This document shows positions 18,904 through 28,213 of a stretch of 64,000 bases of DNA, one piece after another; the first letter of the stretch is position 1, and each line of letters opens with the position of its first letter. Under the pieces are notes generated by a model. The model was not told the DNA's origin, made no database searches, and worked only from the letters and a program-made list of their open reading frames with translations. The stretch is taken from assembly GCA_016184225.1 (NCBI GenBank), contig JACPDA010000004.1, positions 279,927-343,926 on the forward strand, read 5' to 3'. The position numbers were made by a program, and so were the translations under genes. Source of the DNA: Candidatus Daviesbacteria bacterium. Lineage in GTDB: Bacteria > Patescibacteriota > Microgenomatia > Daviesbacterales > UBA10151.

Positions 18904-18953
18904 CCTCCCAACAGTGAAGTTTTTTTGTCGGAAAGAGAAAGGAGGTGTTAAAA

Positions 18954-19148
18954 ATGCCAGGTTGTGAATTAGATAGAGGAATAGTGAATGCAGTAAACAG
19001 AGTTTTTTTTGCTAAAACTCGGAGGCCGGGAGGTGATGAGCATCACGAAGCGATGCAGGAATTAGTGGAAAGGATTGCAGCAGAACCGCAAATAATGGTA
19101 GTAATTGGTAAATTAAAAGAAACACAAAGAGAAATCAATCTATTATAA
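18954..19148 (+). CDS. Small hypothetical protein (64 aa) downstream of aromatic leader
   Basis: Strong SD AAAGGAGGTG before the ATG at 18954. Confidence 0.65.
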   Translation: MPGCELDRGIVNAVNRVFFAKTRRPGGDEHHEAMQELVERIAAEPQIMVVIGKLKETQREINLL

Positions 19149-19204
19149 GTAAAACAAAAATTGATATTGTCAACTTGATTGCTGGCTGTTATGATCAATT
19201 CATC

Positions 19205-20563
19205 ATGGAACGCACTTTAAATTTGGATTGTAATAAAAAAATTGGAGAAACAGTTAAAATCTGTGGGTGGGTTTTGACCCGACGCGATCATGGCAAAATT
19301 CTATTCTTAGATGTTTTGGATAGATCCGGTTTAATACAAGTAGTGGTTTCATCAGGTGTCGCTTCTGTGCACCTTCCAGGTGAACAACGCAGACACCTGG
19401 AAGGCGAGATAGATTTGCATCCGCAAGATGTAGTTTGTATAACAGGTAAAGTTAACAAAAGGCCGCAGCATCTAGTTAACAAAAATATCCCCACTGGAGA
19501 AATAGAAATTTCAGCAGAGAGTATTGAAATTTTGTCCAAAGCAGCGGAACTGCCTTTTGACATGGGAGGTAAAGACTTAAATTTACAACTGCCGACCTTA
19601 CTTGACTATCGTTCACTAACACTAAGGCATCCCAAAGTTAAATCAATTTTTAAAGTTCAAGCTGCACTTTTGGAAGGATTTAGGAAAGCAGCCAAGGAGT
19701 TGGGATGCACGGAAATTGTGGTTCCAACAGTTGTGGCCGGAGCAACCGAAGGCGGAGCAGAAGTTTTTAAGATAGATTATTTTGGTCGTAGTGCTTATCT
19801 TTCTCAAAGCCCTCAACTTTATAAACAGATGCTGGTACCTGTCTTTGAGCGGGTTTTTACTATTGCCAAAGCTTACCGGGCCGAACCCTCGGTTACCACC
19901 AGACATTTAACTGAAAGTACCCAAATGGATGTTGAAATTGGTTTTGCGGAATTTGAGGAACTATTAGATTATCTGGAAGGTGTAGCAGTAAGAATGCTAA
20001 AGATTGTAGAGGATGAATGTGGGGATATTTTATCCGAGTACGGCATCGAAAAAATTGCTTTTGGCTCGATTCCCAGACTTTCTTTAAAAGAAGCACAGGA
20101 GCTGATCTTGAAAGAATTTGGGCGCGATAACAGAAAAGAAAAAGATTTAACTCCACAAGACGAGATTGATTTATGTCAGTGGTCTAAAGAAAAACACAAA
20201 AGTGATTTTGTGACAATTACGCATTTCCCCACCAGTGCTAAACCGTTTTATACCATGCCTGATCCGAAGGACCCTGAGTACAGTTTAAGTTATGATTTGC
20301 TTTTTCGGGGGGTGGAGGTAATGAGTGGCAGCCAAAGGATTAATAATTATGAGCAATTGATGACAAGTATGAAAAGCCGCAGCATGAATCCGGAGAGTTT
20401 CCAAATGTATTTACAGGCTTTTATGTTCGGCATGCCTCCGGAGGGAGGATTTTCTTTTGGTTTGGAGAGAATAACAATGCACTTATTAAACCTTGCCAAT
20501 ATCAGGGAAGCAAGCCTTTTCCCACGGGATATGGAAAGAGTGGACATTAGGTTAAATAAGTAA
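19205..20563 (+). CDS. aspS: Aspartate--tRNA(Asp/Asn) ligase, archaeal-type (short)
   Basis: OB-fold GWV..RDHG, EGGAEVF, LSQSPQLYKQ, YRAE....RHL.E, SGSQRI, GMPP.GG...GLER. Confidence 0.93.
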   Translation: MERTLNLDCNKKIGETVKICGWVLTRRDHGKILFLDVLDRSGLIQVVVSSGVASVHLPGEQRRHLEGEIDLHPQDVVCITGKVNKRPQHLVNKNIPTGEIEISAESIEILSKAAELPFDMGGKDLNLQLPTLLDYRSLTLRHPKVKSIFKVQAALLEGFRKAAKELGCTEIVVPTVVAGATEGGAEVFKIDYFGRSAYLSQSPQLYKQMLVPVFERVFTIAKAYRAEPSVTTRHLTESTQMDVEIGFAEFEELLDYLEGVAVRMLKIVEDECGDILSEYGIEKIAFGSIPRLSLKEAQELILKEFGRDNRKEKDLTPQDEIDLCQWSKEKHKSDFVTITHFPTSAKPFYTMPDPKDPEYSLSYDLLFRGVEVMSGSQRINNYEQLMTSMKSRSMNPESFQMYLQAFMFGMPPEGGFSFGLERITMHLLNLANIREASLFPRDMERVDIRLNK

Positions 20564-20569
20564 TTTTCA

Positions 20570-21502
20570 ATGAGGTATTATCTTTATTCTGCCGGACTAA
20601 TTTTATTTGCTGTAGTTATTGCTATTATTGCTCCGTTTTTGGTTAATTTTGCAGATAATTTACTAATAAGTTCGCAGATTCCTCAGAATAATTCCAGTGT
20701 TGCCGGTATTCAGCAATACAACATTCCTCCCATTGGTGGAACTTTGCCTCTTCCTAATTTTTCTGCCCGGGCAGTTTTAATTAAAGATTTAGCAACCGGT
20801 GCAATTTTGTATCAAAAAGACAGCAATATCCCCCTCCCGATAGCTTCCACTACAAAAATTATGACAGCCTTAGTTGCCAGTGAGTTTTTTAAGCCTGAAT
20901 CTGTGCTTACAGTTGGTGATAGCGCAAAGACCCCCGGTTCAAAAGTAGGTTTAAATTACGGGGAGGATCTAAATTTTAGGTCATTACTTTATGGTATGCT
21001 TTTAAATTCCGGAAATGATGCGGCCTACACCATCGCAGAGAATTTCCCGGGAAGGGTGTTCGGTTTTGTGTCGGCAATGAATAAAAAGGCTTTAGAGCTA
21101 AACCTAAGGAATACCCATTTTGATAATCCGGCAGGTTTTGACAGTCGTAACCAATACTCCTCAGCAGAAGACCTGGCAAAAATCACGGAGGAAACCTTAA
21201 AAAATTCTCAACTGGCAATAATTTTTGCAACAGAGAAAACAAATATTGTTTCCTTAAACAAAAAATACACCCATCAGCTCATTAATTTAAACAAGCTGCT
21301 CTCTTCCGTAAACGGGGTTTTGGGTATCAAAACCGGAACTACAGAGGAGGCAAAAGAAAATTTAGTAACCCTGGTTGAAAGGGATAAACATCGAATTTTG
21401 CTGGTTGTATTGGGGAGCAATGATCGGTTTGGAGAGACTACTGAATTAATTAATTGGACTTATGCTAATTTTACCTGGCCTGATTCTGGAATTGTTCGTT
21501 GA
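20570..21502 (+). CDS. D-alanyl-D-alanine carboxypeptidase (peptidase S11)
   Basis: ASTTK (SxxK), SGN and KTG motifs; N-terminal TM. Confidence 0.92.
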   Translation: MRYYLYSAGLILFAVVIAIIAPFLVNFADNLLISSQIPQNNSSVAGIQQYNIPPIGGTLPLPNFSARAVLIKDLATGAILYQKDSNIPLPIASTTKIMTALVASEFFKPESVLTVGDSAKTPGSKVGLNYGEDLNFRSLLYGMLLNSGNDAAYTIAENFPGRVFGFVSAMNKKALELNLRNTHFDNPAGFDSRNQYSSAEDLAKITEETLKNSQLAIIFATEKTNIVSLNKKYTHQLINLNKLLSSVNGVLGIKTGTTEEAKENLVTLVERDKHRILLVVLGSNDRFGETTELINWTYANFTWPDSGIVR

Positions 21503-22481
21503 TAGCACTGACATAACTAACAAAGTTCGGGCCCTCAAAAACAAATATTGGTTGCAAATAAGGACTATAGTTTTCTGGAAGATAATAACCTAAAGAAACA
21601 GAAGTAATAGAAACTTGGGGTTTGTCCGGTTCCACTACAACCACACCTTTTCCGGTTTTCAGGTCATCAAAAGCTTGCTCAGGGGTCTTGAGTGGATAGG
21701 TGGCATAAGTGGAAGTATCAATTGGATAGTAGGTAAAATTTAAAGATAAGTAATTCTCTAAATTACTGGCACTGCCGGAAACAGTGGTGTTAACCAAAGC
21801 TTTATTAAAATCAGCAGTAAAAATTAGTCTTTTGTCCACCGGAGCCGGCCATAGTGAAACTTGGACAGCTTGCGCTTCTTTCAAAAAAATAACTTTAACT
21901 CTACCATTTCCAAGCTCTTCCTTTAAAAGTCCTAAATTAGAAAGAACTTGTTTAAAATCAGACACTAAGTTATTTTCTTGGTCTGAATTAGCATTTGCCG
22001 AGGGAGTTGCCTCTTTATTATATGAAAAATTACCGCTATCAAGATCAACTAAAAGCGTTTTATTTTGGTCTTTATATCTGTAGCGAGTATCGCTTAGAAT
22101 CTCTGGAGATGAGCTAATATTAAATTTTTCAGCTAAAGCACTGGACTTTTCCGGGGCCAGTAGTGTAGCAAAAGTTTGTGTTACAAAATATACCTTGATA
22201 ATTTTTTCAAAACCGGTATTTACCCCAACTTTAGGCAGGCCTCCGGTTACGGTATCTAAGGAATAAGAAAAATTTGATGTGGAAACACTACTTGGGGGAA
22301 AATCTGGTGGGGGGAGTATTCCGAATTTGATATCCGGTTTTTCTTCAACCGGCGGCAAGCTAGCCAGGTAATAGGCATGCCAGATGTTGTAACCGATAAG
22401 GCCGATTATACCCACCACCAAAGAGATAACGGAAAAGAGGATAACCCGACGGGTTAAAATGGCAGTTTGGGTCAGAGTCAT
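21471..22481 (-). CDS. Hypothetical membrane-anchored protein
   Basis: 336 aa with N-terminal TM and C-terminal YLQPIFVFEG. Confidence 0.75.
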   Translation of the reverse strand: MTLTQTAILTRRVILFSVISLVVGIIGLIGYNIWHAYYLASLPPVEEKPDIKFGILPPPDFPPSSVSTSNFSYSLDTVTGGLPKVGVNTGFEKIIKVYFVTQTFATLLAPEKSSALAEKFNISSSPEILSDTRYRYKDQNKTLLVDLDSGNFSYNKEATPSANANSDQENNLVSDFKQVLSNLGLLKEELGNGRVKVIFLKEAQAVQVSLWPAPVDKRLIFTADFNKALVNTTVSGSASNLENYLSLNFTYYPIDTSTYATYPLKTPEQAFDDLKTGKGVVVVEPDKPQVSITSVSLGYYLPENYSPYLQPIFVFEGPNFVSYVSAINEQFQNQAR

Positions 22482-22563
22482 AGTTGTCTTAATTATACAG
22501 GAAGGAAGCGGAGACTGGTATAATCGCTACGCTTCTTGTAACGCGTTGCGTTATAATAGCCAT

Positions 22564-23859
22564 ATGGTTAGAGTTAGAATTGCACCCTCACCCACAGGAT
22601 CACCACATATCGGAACAGCTTGGCAAGCCCTCTTTGATTTTGTATTTGCCAAAAAAAATAACGGCAAGTTTATTTTAAGGCTTGAAGATACAGATAGGGA
22701 AAGATATGTGCCGGAGAGTGTAGAACAGATCTATGAAACCTTGAGGTGGCTGGGTTTGGAATATAATGAAGGTCCTGATGTCGGAGGAGAGTTTGGTCCA
22801 TATATTCAGTCAGAAAGATTGGATATATATAAAAAACATGCCAATGACCTATTGGAAAAGGGATTAGCTTATAAAGATGAAGGGGCTTTGCGGTTTAAGA
22901 TAGAAAAAGCAGGTCAAACTACCTGGCATGACTTGGTAGGAGATAAGGATATTACTTTTGAAAACCAGACCCAGGAAGACTTTATAATTTTAAAATCCGA
23001 TGGCTATCCTACTTATAATTTTGCCAATGTGGTAGATGATTACCTGATGCGAATAACGCATGTTATTAGGGGGAATGAGTTTATTTCCTCTACTCCAAAA
23101 CATCTGATGATTTATCAAGCTTTTGGTTGGACCCCGCCGCAGTTTGCTCATCTGCCAGTTCTAGTGGGATCTGATCGGAGCAAGCTTTCCAAAAGGCATG
23201 GGGCAAAATCCGCTTTGGAATTCAGGAGTGAAGGATTTCTAAAAGAATCAGTATTAAACTTTTTATCGCTTTTGGGCTGGTCTCATCCGGAAGGAAAAGA
23301 GGTATTCAGCATAGAAGAGATGATTAAGCTTTTTGATTTTAAGGATGTAAATATTGCTTCCGCTTATTTTGATATCACAAAGCTTGAATGGTTAAACGGG
23401 GAATATATCAGAAAGATGACTAATGAGGATTTGACTAAGAGGTTACAGGAATTTTTAGCGAGTCATCCGGCCAAAGAGAAAATTGCCCCGGTAGTACCCT
23501 TGGTTAAAGAAAGAATAAAGAAGCTATCGGATTTTGTCCCTTTGACTGACTTTCTCTTTGAAAAGCCGGAATATGATAAAGCGCAATTTGAAAAATTAAA
23601 TATTAAAAATGTAAAAGAATCGCTGGAGAAGATTCTGGAAAAGTTAGAAGCAATGGAAAGACCATGGAAAACAGAAGTTTTTGAAAAGACTTTCAGAGAA
23701 CTGGCAGAAGAGTTAGGGCTGTCAGCCAGCCAGATGTTTCAACTTATCAGAGTGGCAGTTTCAGGACAGACTGTCACGCCCCCTCTTTTTGAAAGTATAG
23801 AAATCCTGGGTGAAGAAGAGACTCTAAAAAGAGTTGCATATCTCATAGCTTTATGGTAA
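22564..23859 (+). CDS. gltX: Glutamate--tRNA ligase
   Basis: RIAPSPTG.PHIG, LRLEDTD, ITHVIRG, KLSKR. Start moved to MVRVR. Confidence 0.96.
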   Translation: MVRVRIAPSPTGSPHIGTAWQALFDFVFAKKNNGKFILRLEDTDRERYVPESVEQIYETLRWLGLEYNEGPDVGGEFGPYIQSERLDIYKKHANDLLEKGLAYKDEGALRFKIEKAGQTTWHDLVGDKDITFENQTQEDFIILKSDGYPTYNFANVVDDYLMRITHVIRGNEFISSTPKHLMIYQAFGWTPPQFAHLPVLVGSDRSKLSKRHGAKSALEFRSEGFLKESVLNFLSLLGWSHPEGKEVFSIEEMIKLFDFKDVNIASAYFDITKLEWLNGEYIRKMTNEDLTKRLQEFLASHPAKEKIAPVVPLVKERIKKLSDFVPLTDFLFEKPEYDKAQFEKLNIKNVKESLEKILEKLEAMERPWKTEVFEKTFRELAEELGLSASQMFQLIRVAVSGQTVTPPLFESIEILGEEETLKRVAYLIALW

Positions 23860-23869
23860 CATTGCGGCC

Positions 23870-24229
23870 ATGGATGATCCTAAGTGGCTTAGATTAGTTG
23901 TAATAGGTTTGGTTTTAGCAGCTTTAGCTACCGGTTACTTTTTATTAAGCGGCAGGTTGACTTCAAATAAAGCCGCCACACCTGGTACCCAAGTGAGTAA
24001 AAATACTGCGGGAGTTTCGCCGTCTCCGTCTGTTTTAGGACAGGCGACGCAGGGAACTCCGGCACCTGTTTCTTCCTCTGCACCGGCATCGGCATACAGC
24101 GCTATAGTTGACCGTAATCAGGGTGGTGTCCAGAATCTGCCAAATACAGGTTCTCCTGTAATTTTCATTTCTGCTTTAGCAGTTTCTAGTATGCTGGTTG
24201 GCTGGGGCCTCCGCAAATTCCCAAAGTAA
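23870..24229 (+). CDS. Small surface protein with LPxTG-like motif
   Basis: N-terminal TM, S/T/P-rich linker, LPNTG, hydrophobic segment and basic tail RKFPK. Confidence 0.7.
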   Translation: MDDPKWLRLVVIGLVLAALATGYFLLSGRLTSNKAATPGTQVSKNTAGVSPSPSVLGQATQGTPAPVSSSAPASAYSAIVDRNQGGVQNLPNTGSPVIFISALAVSSMLVGWGLRKFPK

Positions 24230-24236
24230 CTTCATT

Positions 24237-24269
24237 GTCATTGCGAGGAGCGAAGCGACGTGGCAATCT
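24237..24269 (+). repeat. REP-like element GTCATTGCGAGGAGCGAAGCGACGTGGCAATCT
   Basis: Reverse-orientation relative at 56187-56221. Confidence 0.75.
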
Positions 24270-24316
24270 ATTTCAACTTGCCTTACCTTTCTAAAAAAAG
24301 TAAAATCTACATGCAT

Positions 24317-24390
24317 TGCCAGGTCGTCTAATGGTAGGACGATAGCCTCTGGAGCTATCTATCATGGTTCAAATCCATGCCTGGCAGCCA
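24317..24390 (+). tRNA. tRNA-Gln (CTG)
   Basis: Acceptor stem TGCCAGG/CCTGGCA, D-loop TGG, anticodon arm ATAGC-CT CTG GA-GCTAT, GGTTCAAATCC, encoded CCA. Confidence 0.96.
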
Positions 24391-24433
24391 AATAGGGCAT
24401 GCTGGTGTGGTCGAGTTCTCTAATTAAGGGGCT

Positions 24434-24817
24434 CTATATATGATTTTTTGTATCTGCAAGCGCATTTTGTTTAGTTTTATGAATCGTTCCGTCTTTATGA
24501 TGAGCTGGGCTATAAATGGTATAAAGTTTAAGCTGTTTTTCTGAAGAAGTATTAATAATATTATGTTTTGTTCCAGCTGGCACCACCACTGCCGAACCAT
24601 CTGTTAAAGTATGTTCTTCTCCATCTAAAATAGCTTTCCCGTCACCCTGTTCAATCCTTAAAAATTGATCAACAATTTCATGGACTTCTTCTCCAATTTC
24701 TTCATTTGGCTGCAAACTCATTACCACAAGTTGACTATGTTGGGCTGTATATAAAACTTCCCGAAAATTTTCATTCTGCAAGGTTTTTTCTTCAATATTA
24801 GTTACGTATCCTGACAT
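24434..24817 (-). CDS. Cupin domain protein
   Basis: QLVVMSL..EEIGEEVH...DQF, VPAGTKHN, KLYTIYSP. Confidence 0.9.
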   Translation of the reverse strand: MSGYVTNIEEKTLQNENFREVLYTAQHSQLVVMSLQPNEEIGEEVHEIVDQFLRIEQGDGKAILDGEEHTLTDGSAVVVPAGTKHNIINTSSEKQLKLYTIYSPAHHKDGTIHKTKQNALADTKNHI

Positions 24818-24857
24818 TATTCCCCCTTTCTATACTATTAACTCTATGGAAGGGTTC

Positions 24858-25157
24858 CTATGCTGAAATGACTTTTTGTTCTATTTTATCTACTCTTTCT
24901 TCTAATTTGTCATATTCTTCTCTGGTTGGAGTGTCATCCTCAAGATATGCGAGTTGTTTGCCAATTTTGTCTAGCCTATCTGTTAATTTTTTTTCAACAC
25001 CATCTATTTTTCCATCCAAGCTATCTATTTTTCCTTCTAGCCTCTCACCTAGTATGTCTACTTTCCGATCAACTTTGCCAATTTTGCTTAGTAATTCCTG
25101 TTTAAGGGTACTCTGCCCATTGATTATAGCCTGGAGCATTTTTTGGGTATCATTCAT
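24858..25157 (-). CDS. Hypothetical coiled-coil protein
   Basis: 99 aa with heptad-like KID/KVD repeats. Confidence 0.7.
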   Translation of the reverse strand: MNDTQKMLQAIINGQSTLKQELLSKIGKVDRKVDILGERLEGKIDSLDGKIDGVEKKLTDRLDKIGKQLAYLEDDTPTREEYDKLEERVDKIEQKVISA

Positions 25158-25208
25158 CGCTTAAAGTATATATCGATCAGCTTGTTGTTTTCAATAATTA
25201 AATAAGTA

Positions 25209-26216
25209 TCAAACTATACCAAGGGGATAGCCGATTGTTAAAAGATTGTCCCCAAATTTTTTATGGGAAATATTTTTTAAGCGCAGCGCTTTTTGGATAA
25301 TGTGAATTCCGTCTCCTCCAATAGTTATTGCCTTTTTTCCACCAATTATTAAAGGGGCATGAAAAGCATAGACTTTATCAATTATTTTGGAATCCACAAA
25401 ACTTCCCAAGGTCTCTCCGCCGCCTTCCACCAGAACACTGATAATATTTTTTTCTCTGAGTATTGCTAACAAATCATGAATATTTTTTGGATTAATGATT
25501 AAGACATTTTGATCGCGTAAAACTTGAAAATTTTTAAGGATGTGTCTTTTAGAACCAAGAATTATTCTTACGGGATCTTTTTTGTTTTTTGTCCTTATCC
25601 CTAAATTGGGATTATCAGCCAGTACAGTGTTAATACCAACTAGTATTGCCTGATAGTTTGCCCGTAAGTTCCTGCCATAAATTCTAGCCTTTTCATTTGT
25701 GATCCATTTTGAATCACCTGTGGCAGTGGCCATTTTCCCATCTAAAGACGCCGCAAATTTTATGGCCACAAAGGGGCGACCTTTTTCATGGAAAGTAAAA
25801 AATGCTTCATTTAATAGACGTGCCTCTTTTTTTAGCGTACCAACTACGATTTGTATGCCGGCTTTTTCCAGCAGTTTTTTGCCTTTCCCGTTTACTTTCT
25901 GATTAGGATCTAGGGTAGAACAAACAATTTTTTTAATCCCTGATTGGATAATAGTATTTACACAAGGAGAAGTCCTGCCAAAGCAGGAGCAGGGTTCTAA
26001 GTTAACATAAAGTGTAGCCCCGCTTGGATCTTCTTTGCAGTTTCGTAAAGCTTCAATTTCGCCGTGGACAGAGCCTACTTTACGATGGAACCCTTTACCA
26101 ATGATGCGGCCTTCTTTAACTATTACCGCCCCCACTAAAGGGTTAGGGTTTGTCCAGCTTAAACCCTTTTTGGCAAGTTTAAAAGTTTCTCTGAGGAATC
26201 TAACGTCATTATCCAT
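25209..26216 (-). CDS. ribD: Riboflavin biosynthesis deaminase/reductase
   Basis: PNP.VGAVIV, HGE, LEPC....RT.PC, K.A.SLDGK, S.WIT, VEGGG. Confidence 0.95.
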   Translation of the reverse strand: MDNDVRFLRETFKLAKKGLSWTNPNPLVGAVIVKEGRIIGKGFHRKVGSVHGEIEALRNCKEDPSGATLYVNLEPCSCFGRTSPCVNTIIQSGIKKIVCSTLDPNQKVNGKGKKLLEKAGIQIVVGTLKKEARLLNEAFFTFHEKGRPFVAIKFAASLDGKMATATGDSKWITNEKARIYGRNLRANYQAILVGINTVLADNPNLGIRTKNKKDPVRIILGSKRHILKNFQVLRDQNVLIINPKNIHDLLAILREKNIISVLVEGGGETLGSFVDSKIIDKVYAFHAPLIIGGKKAITIGGDGIHIIQKALRLKNISHKKFGDNLLTIGYPLGIV

Positions 26217-26218
26217 AA

Positions 26219-26812
26219 TTAAACAAGTTTTAGTTTATGGCCCATTTTATTTTTTTTGGTTTTTAAGTAACTGATATTAATTGGGTTAGAGGTAATCTCC
26301 AAAGGGATTACCCTATTAACTTTTATGCCGAAGTTCTTTAATTGGTTGGTTTTATCCGGATTATTAGTTAAAAGGTTGATTTGTTTAATTTTTAAATCTT
26401 TTAAGATTTGGGCAGCTACTTTATAACTTCGTGAATCAGCGGCAAAACCTAGTTGCTCGTTGGCTTCCACTGTATCAAGACCTTTTTCCTGCAGCGCATA
26501 AGCTTTAATTTTATTACCCAGTCCAATTCCCCTGCCTTCTTGACTTAAATAAATTAATACGCCAACTTTAGTTTTGCTGATTTTGGTTAGGCTTTTTATT
26601 AGCTGGTCTTGGCAGTCACAGCGGTGGGAGGAGAAAGATTCTCCGGTTAAACATTGGGAGTGTATTCTGACCAGAACCGGCCCTGTCAGATTTTGACCTT
26701 TGATTAAAACCGTATGTTCTAGCCCATCTTCGGGCGATCTGTAGATGATTATTTTGAAAACGCCGTAGGTAGTTGGTAGCGTGGCAGAGGAAAATCTTTT
26801 TAAAGTGTTCAT
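26219..26812 (-). CDS. ribA: GTP cyclohydrolase II (monofunctional)
   Basis: VRIHSQCLTG....RCDC..QL, QEGRGIGL..K..AY.LQ, LLTNNPDK. No RibB domain. Confidence 0.95.
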   Translation of the reverse strand: MNTLKRFSSATLPTTYGVFKIIIYRSPEDGLEHTVLIKGQNLTGPVLVRIHSQCLTGESFSSHRCDCQDQLIKSLTKISKTKVGVLIYLSQEGRGIGLGNKIKAYALQEKGLDTVEANEQLGFAADSRSYKVAAQILKDLKIKQINLLTNNPDKTNQLKNFGIKVNRVIPLEITSNPINISYLKTKKNKMGHKLKLV

Positions 26813-27282
26813 ATTTTAGATAATGTATTGATAGTTTCCAGCATTGTTTTAGCTGCCTCTATCCCTTTGTTGTATTTACCAATACTTCTTTTTCTTGCTT
26901 GCGAGAGGGTATAAGTGGCAAGTATTTCAAAGGTGATGGGAATATTAAATTTTAAGGAAAGGTTCATGAGGGCTCTAGCACACTCGGTGGTAAGAATTTC
27001 AAAGTGATAAGTTTCCCCTTTGACGATAATGCCAAAGGCAATAATCCCATTAAACTTTTTAACTTCAGCTATTTTTTTAACAACCAGGGGGATTTCCCAA
27101 GATCCCGGTACCTCAAAAGTGGTGATATTATTTTCATTAACTCCGCTACAAATTAAGTACTCCCGGCATGATTTTTCTAAACTTTGGGTTAGGTCCTCAT
27201 AGTAGAGACTCCTGACAATAGCAATTTTTAACTTTTGGTTATTTTTGCTGTATTCTGCTGAATCTCTGGATTTTTGAATCAT
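26809..27282 (-). CDS. ribH: 6,7-dimethyl-8-ribityllumazine synthase
   Basis: VPGSWEIP, G.IVKGET.HFE, NKG.EAA. Confidence 0.93.
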   Translation of the reverse strand: MIQKSRDSAEYSKNNQKLKIAIVRSLYYEDLTQSLEKSCREYLICSGVNENNITTFEVPGSWEIPLVVKKIAEVKKFNGIIAFGIIVKGETYHFEILTTECARALMNLSLKFNIPITFEILATYTLSQARKRSIGKYNKGIEAAKTMLETINTLSKI

Positions 27283-27857
27283 TTTAAAAGCCTTTCTAAA
27301 TATTTAGCCAAAATATCAACTTCAATGTTTACAAAATCGCCTGGTTTAATAGTTTTTAACATGGTATTGTTCCAGGTATGGGGGATAATGCCCACAGTAA
27401 AGCAGTCTTTTTCAGTCTCAATTACGGTTAAGGAGATACCATTTAGGGCAACTGCGCCTTTCGGGACGATATATCTGGCGAGAGCCGGGAGGGTGGAAAA
27501 TTTAAGCAGCCGGCTGTTGTCCCTGATTTTAAAATCCAGCAGTTTTGAAGTGCCGTCAACATGCCCCTGTATAATATGGCCGGAAAGATAAGTTTGGGGG
27601 GTGAGGGGTAGTTCCAGGTTAACCGAGTCATCTTTTGTAAGTTGTCCCAACATGGTTTTATCCAGTGTTTCAGGCATAACTTCAACGGAAAAATAGTTTC
27701 CGGTTGGTTTATTAAGGGCGGTCAGGCAGACACCGTTGATGGCAATACTGGTGCCCTTTTTGATCTTTTTACAGAAATTCCGGTCAGTATTAAAGGTCAA
27801 AACTGAGCCCTCTTTTTTAGTTAATTTTCCTAAGTGGGTTATTATTCCTGTGAACAT
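27279..27857 (-). CDS. ribE: Riboflavin synthase (alpha chain)
   Basis: MFTGII, SIAINGVCLT, GH..QGHVDG, NGISLT, IPHT, VNIEVD. Confidence 0.95.
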   Translation of the reverse strand: MFTGIITHLGKLTKKEGSVLTFNTDRNFCKKIKKGTSIAINGVCLTALNKPTGNYFSVEVMPETLDKTMLGQLTKDDSVNLELPLTPQTYLSGHIIQGHVDGTSKLLDFKIRDNSRLLKFSTLPALARYIVPKGAVALNGISLTVIETEKDCFTVGIIPHTWNNTMLKTIKPGDFVNIEVDILAKYLERLLK

Positions 27858-27880
27858 AAAAAAATCCCCTTTCGGGGATT
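27858..27880 (-). terminator. Riboswitch terminator / SD-sequestering hairpin
   Basis: Minus strand AATCCCC-GAAA-GGGGATT plus T-run abutting the ATG. The 5' arm ATCCCCGAAAG is complementary to the aptamer 5' CTTTCGGGGAT (antiterminator). Confidence 0.8.
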
Positions 27881-27905
27881 AAAGTTACACCAGGAAATGG
27901 TGTAA

Positions 27906-28069
27906 TATTCTTTCTTTCATCCCGACTATACCCTTCGATGCTTCGACAAGCTCAGCACTCAGGGTCCCGCAACTGCGGGACGGTCGGCTCTGGAATTACA
28001 CCAGGTCGTGTCTTTTAGACTCGTGGGCTATACCACCGATTTTGACTTACACAAATCCCCGAAAGAATA
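27906..28069 (-). promoter_or_regulatory. FMN riboswitch (RFN) with insertion in P6 loop
   Basis: TTCGGGG..GTG..CGGTGGTATAGCCCACGA..CTGGTG.AATTCCAGAGCCGAC..GTATAGTCGGGATGAAAGAA upstream of the rib operon. Confidence 0.9.
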
Positions 28070-28213
28070 CTTATATTTTATCACTTTTGGTTCAAAAAAA
28101 CTCGCACAAAGCGAGTTTTCTTGAAAAGCTATCTTTCGATAACCATTATTCTTATATCAAAGGATTTGAGTCCGGTCAAGTAGTACAAACTAGATCATGG
28201 TACAATGAGAGAC

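Noticed and set aside
24198-24395. 65-aa ORF
   Set aside because: Overlaps a REP-like repeat and tRNA-Gln.
24317-25157. tRNA-Gln as an integration site for an island
   Set aside because: No integrase and no duplicated tRNA 3' end seen in the window.
28094-28121. AAAACTCGC-ACAAA-GCGAGTTTT hairpin between divergent operons
   Set aside because: Single copy with no transcript obviously ending there; function cannot be supported.
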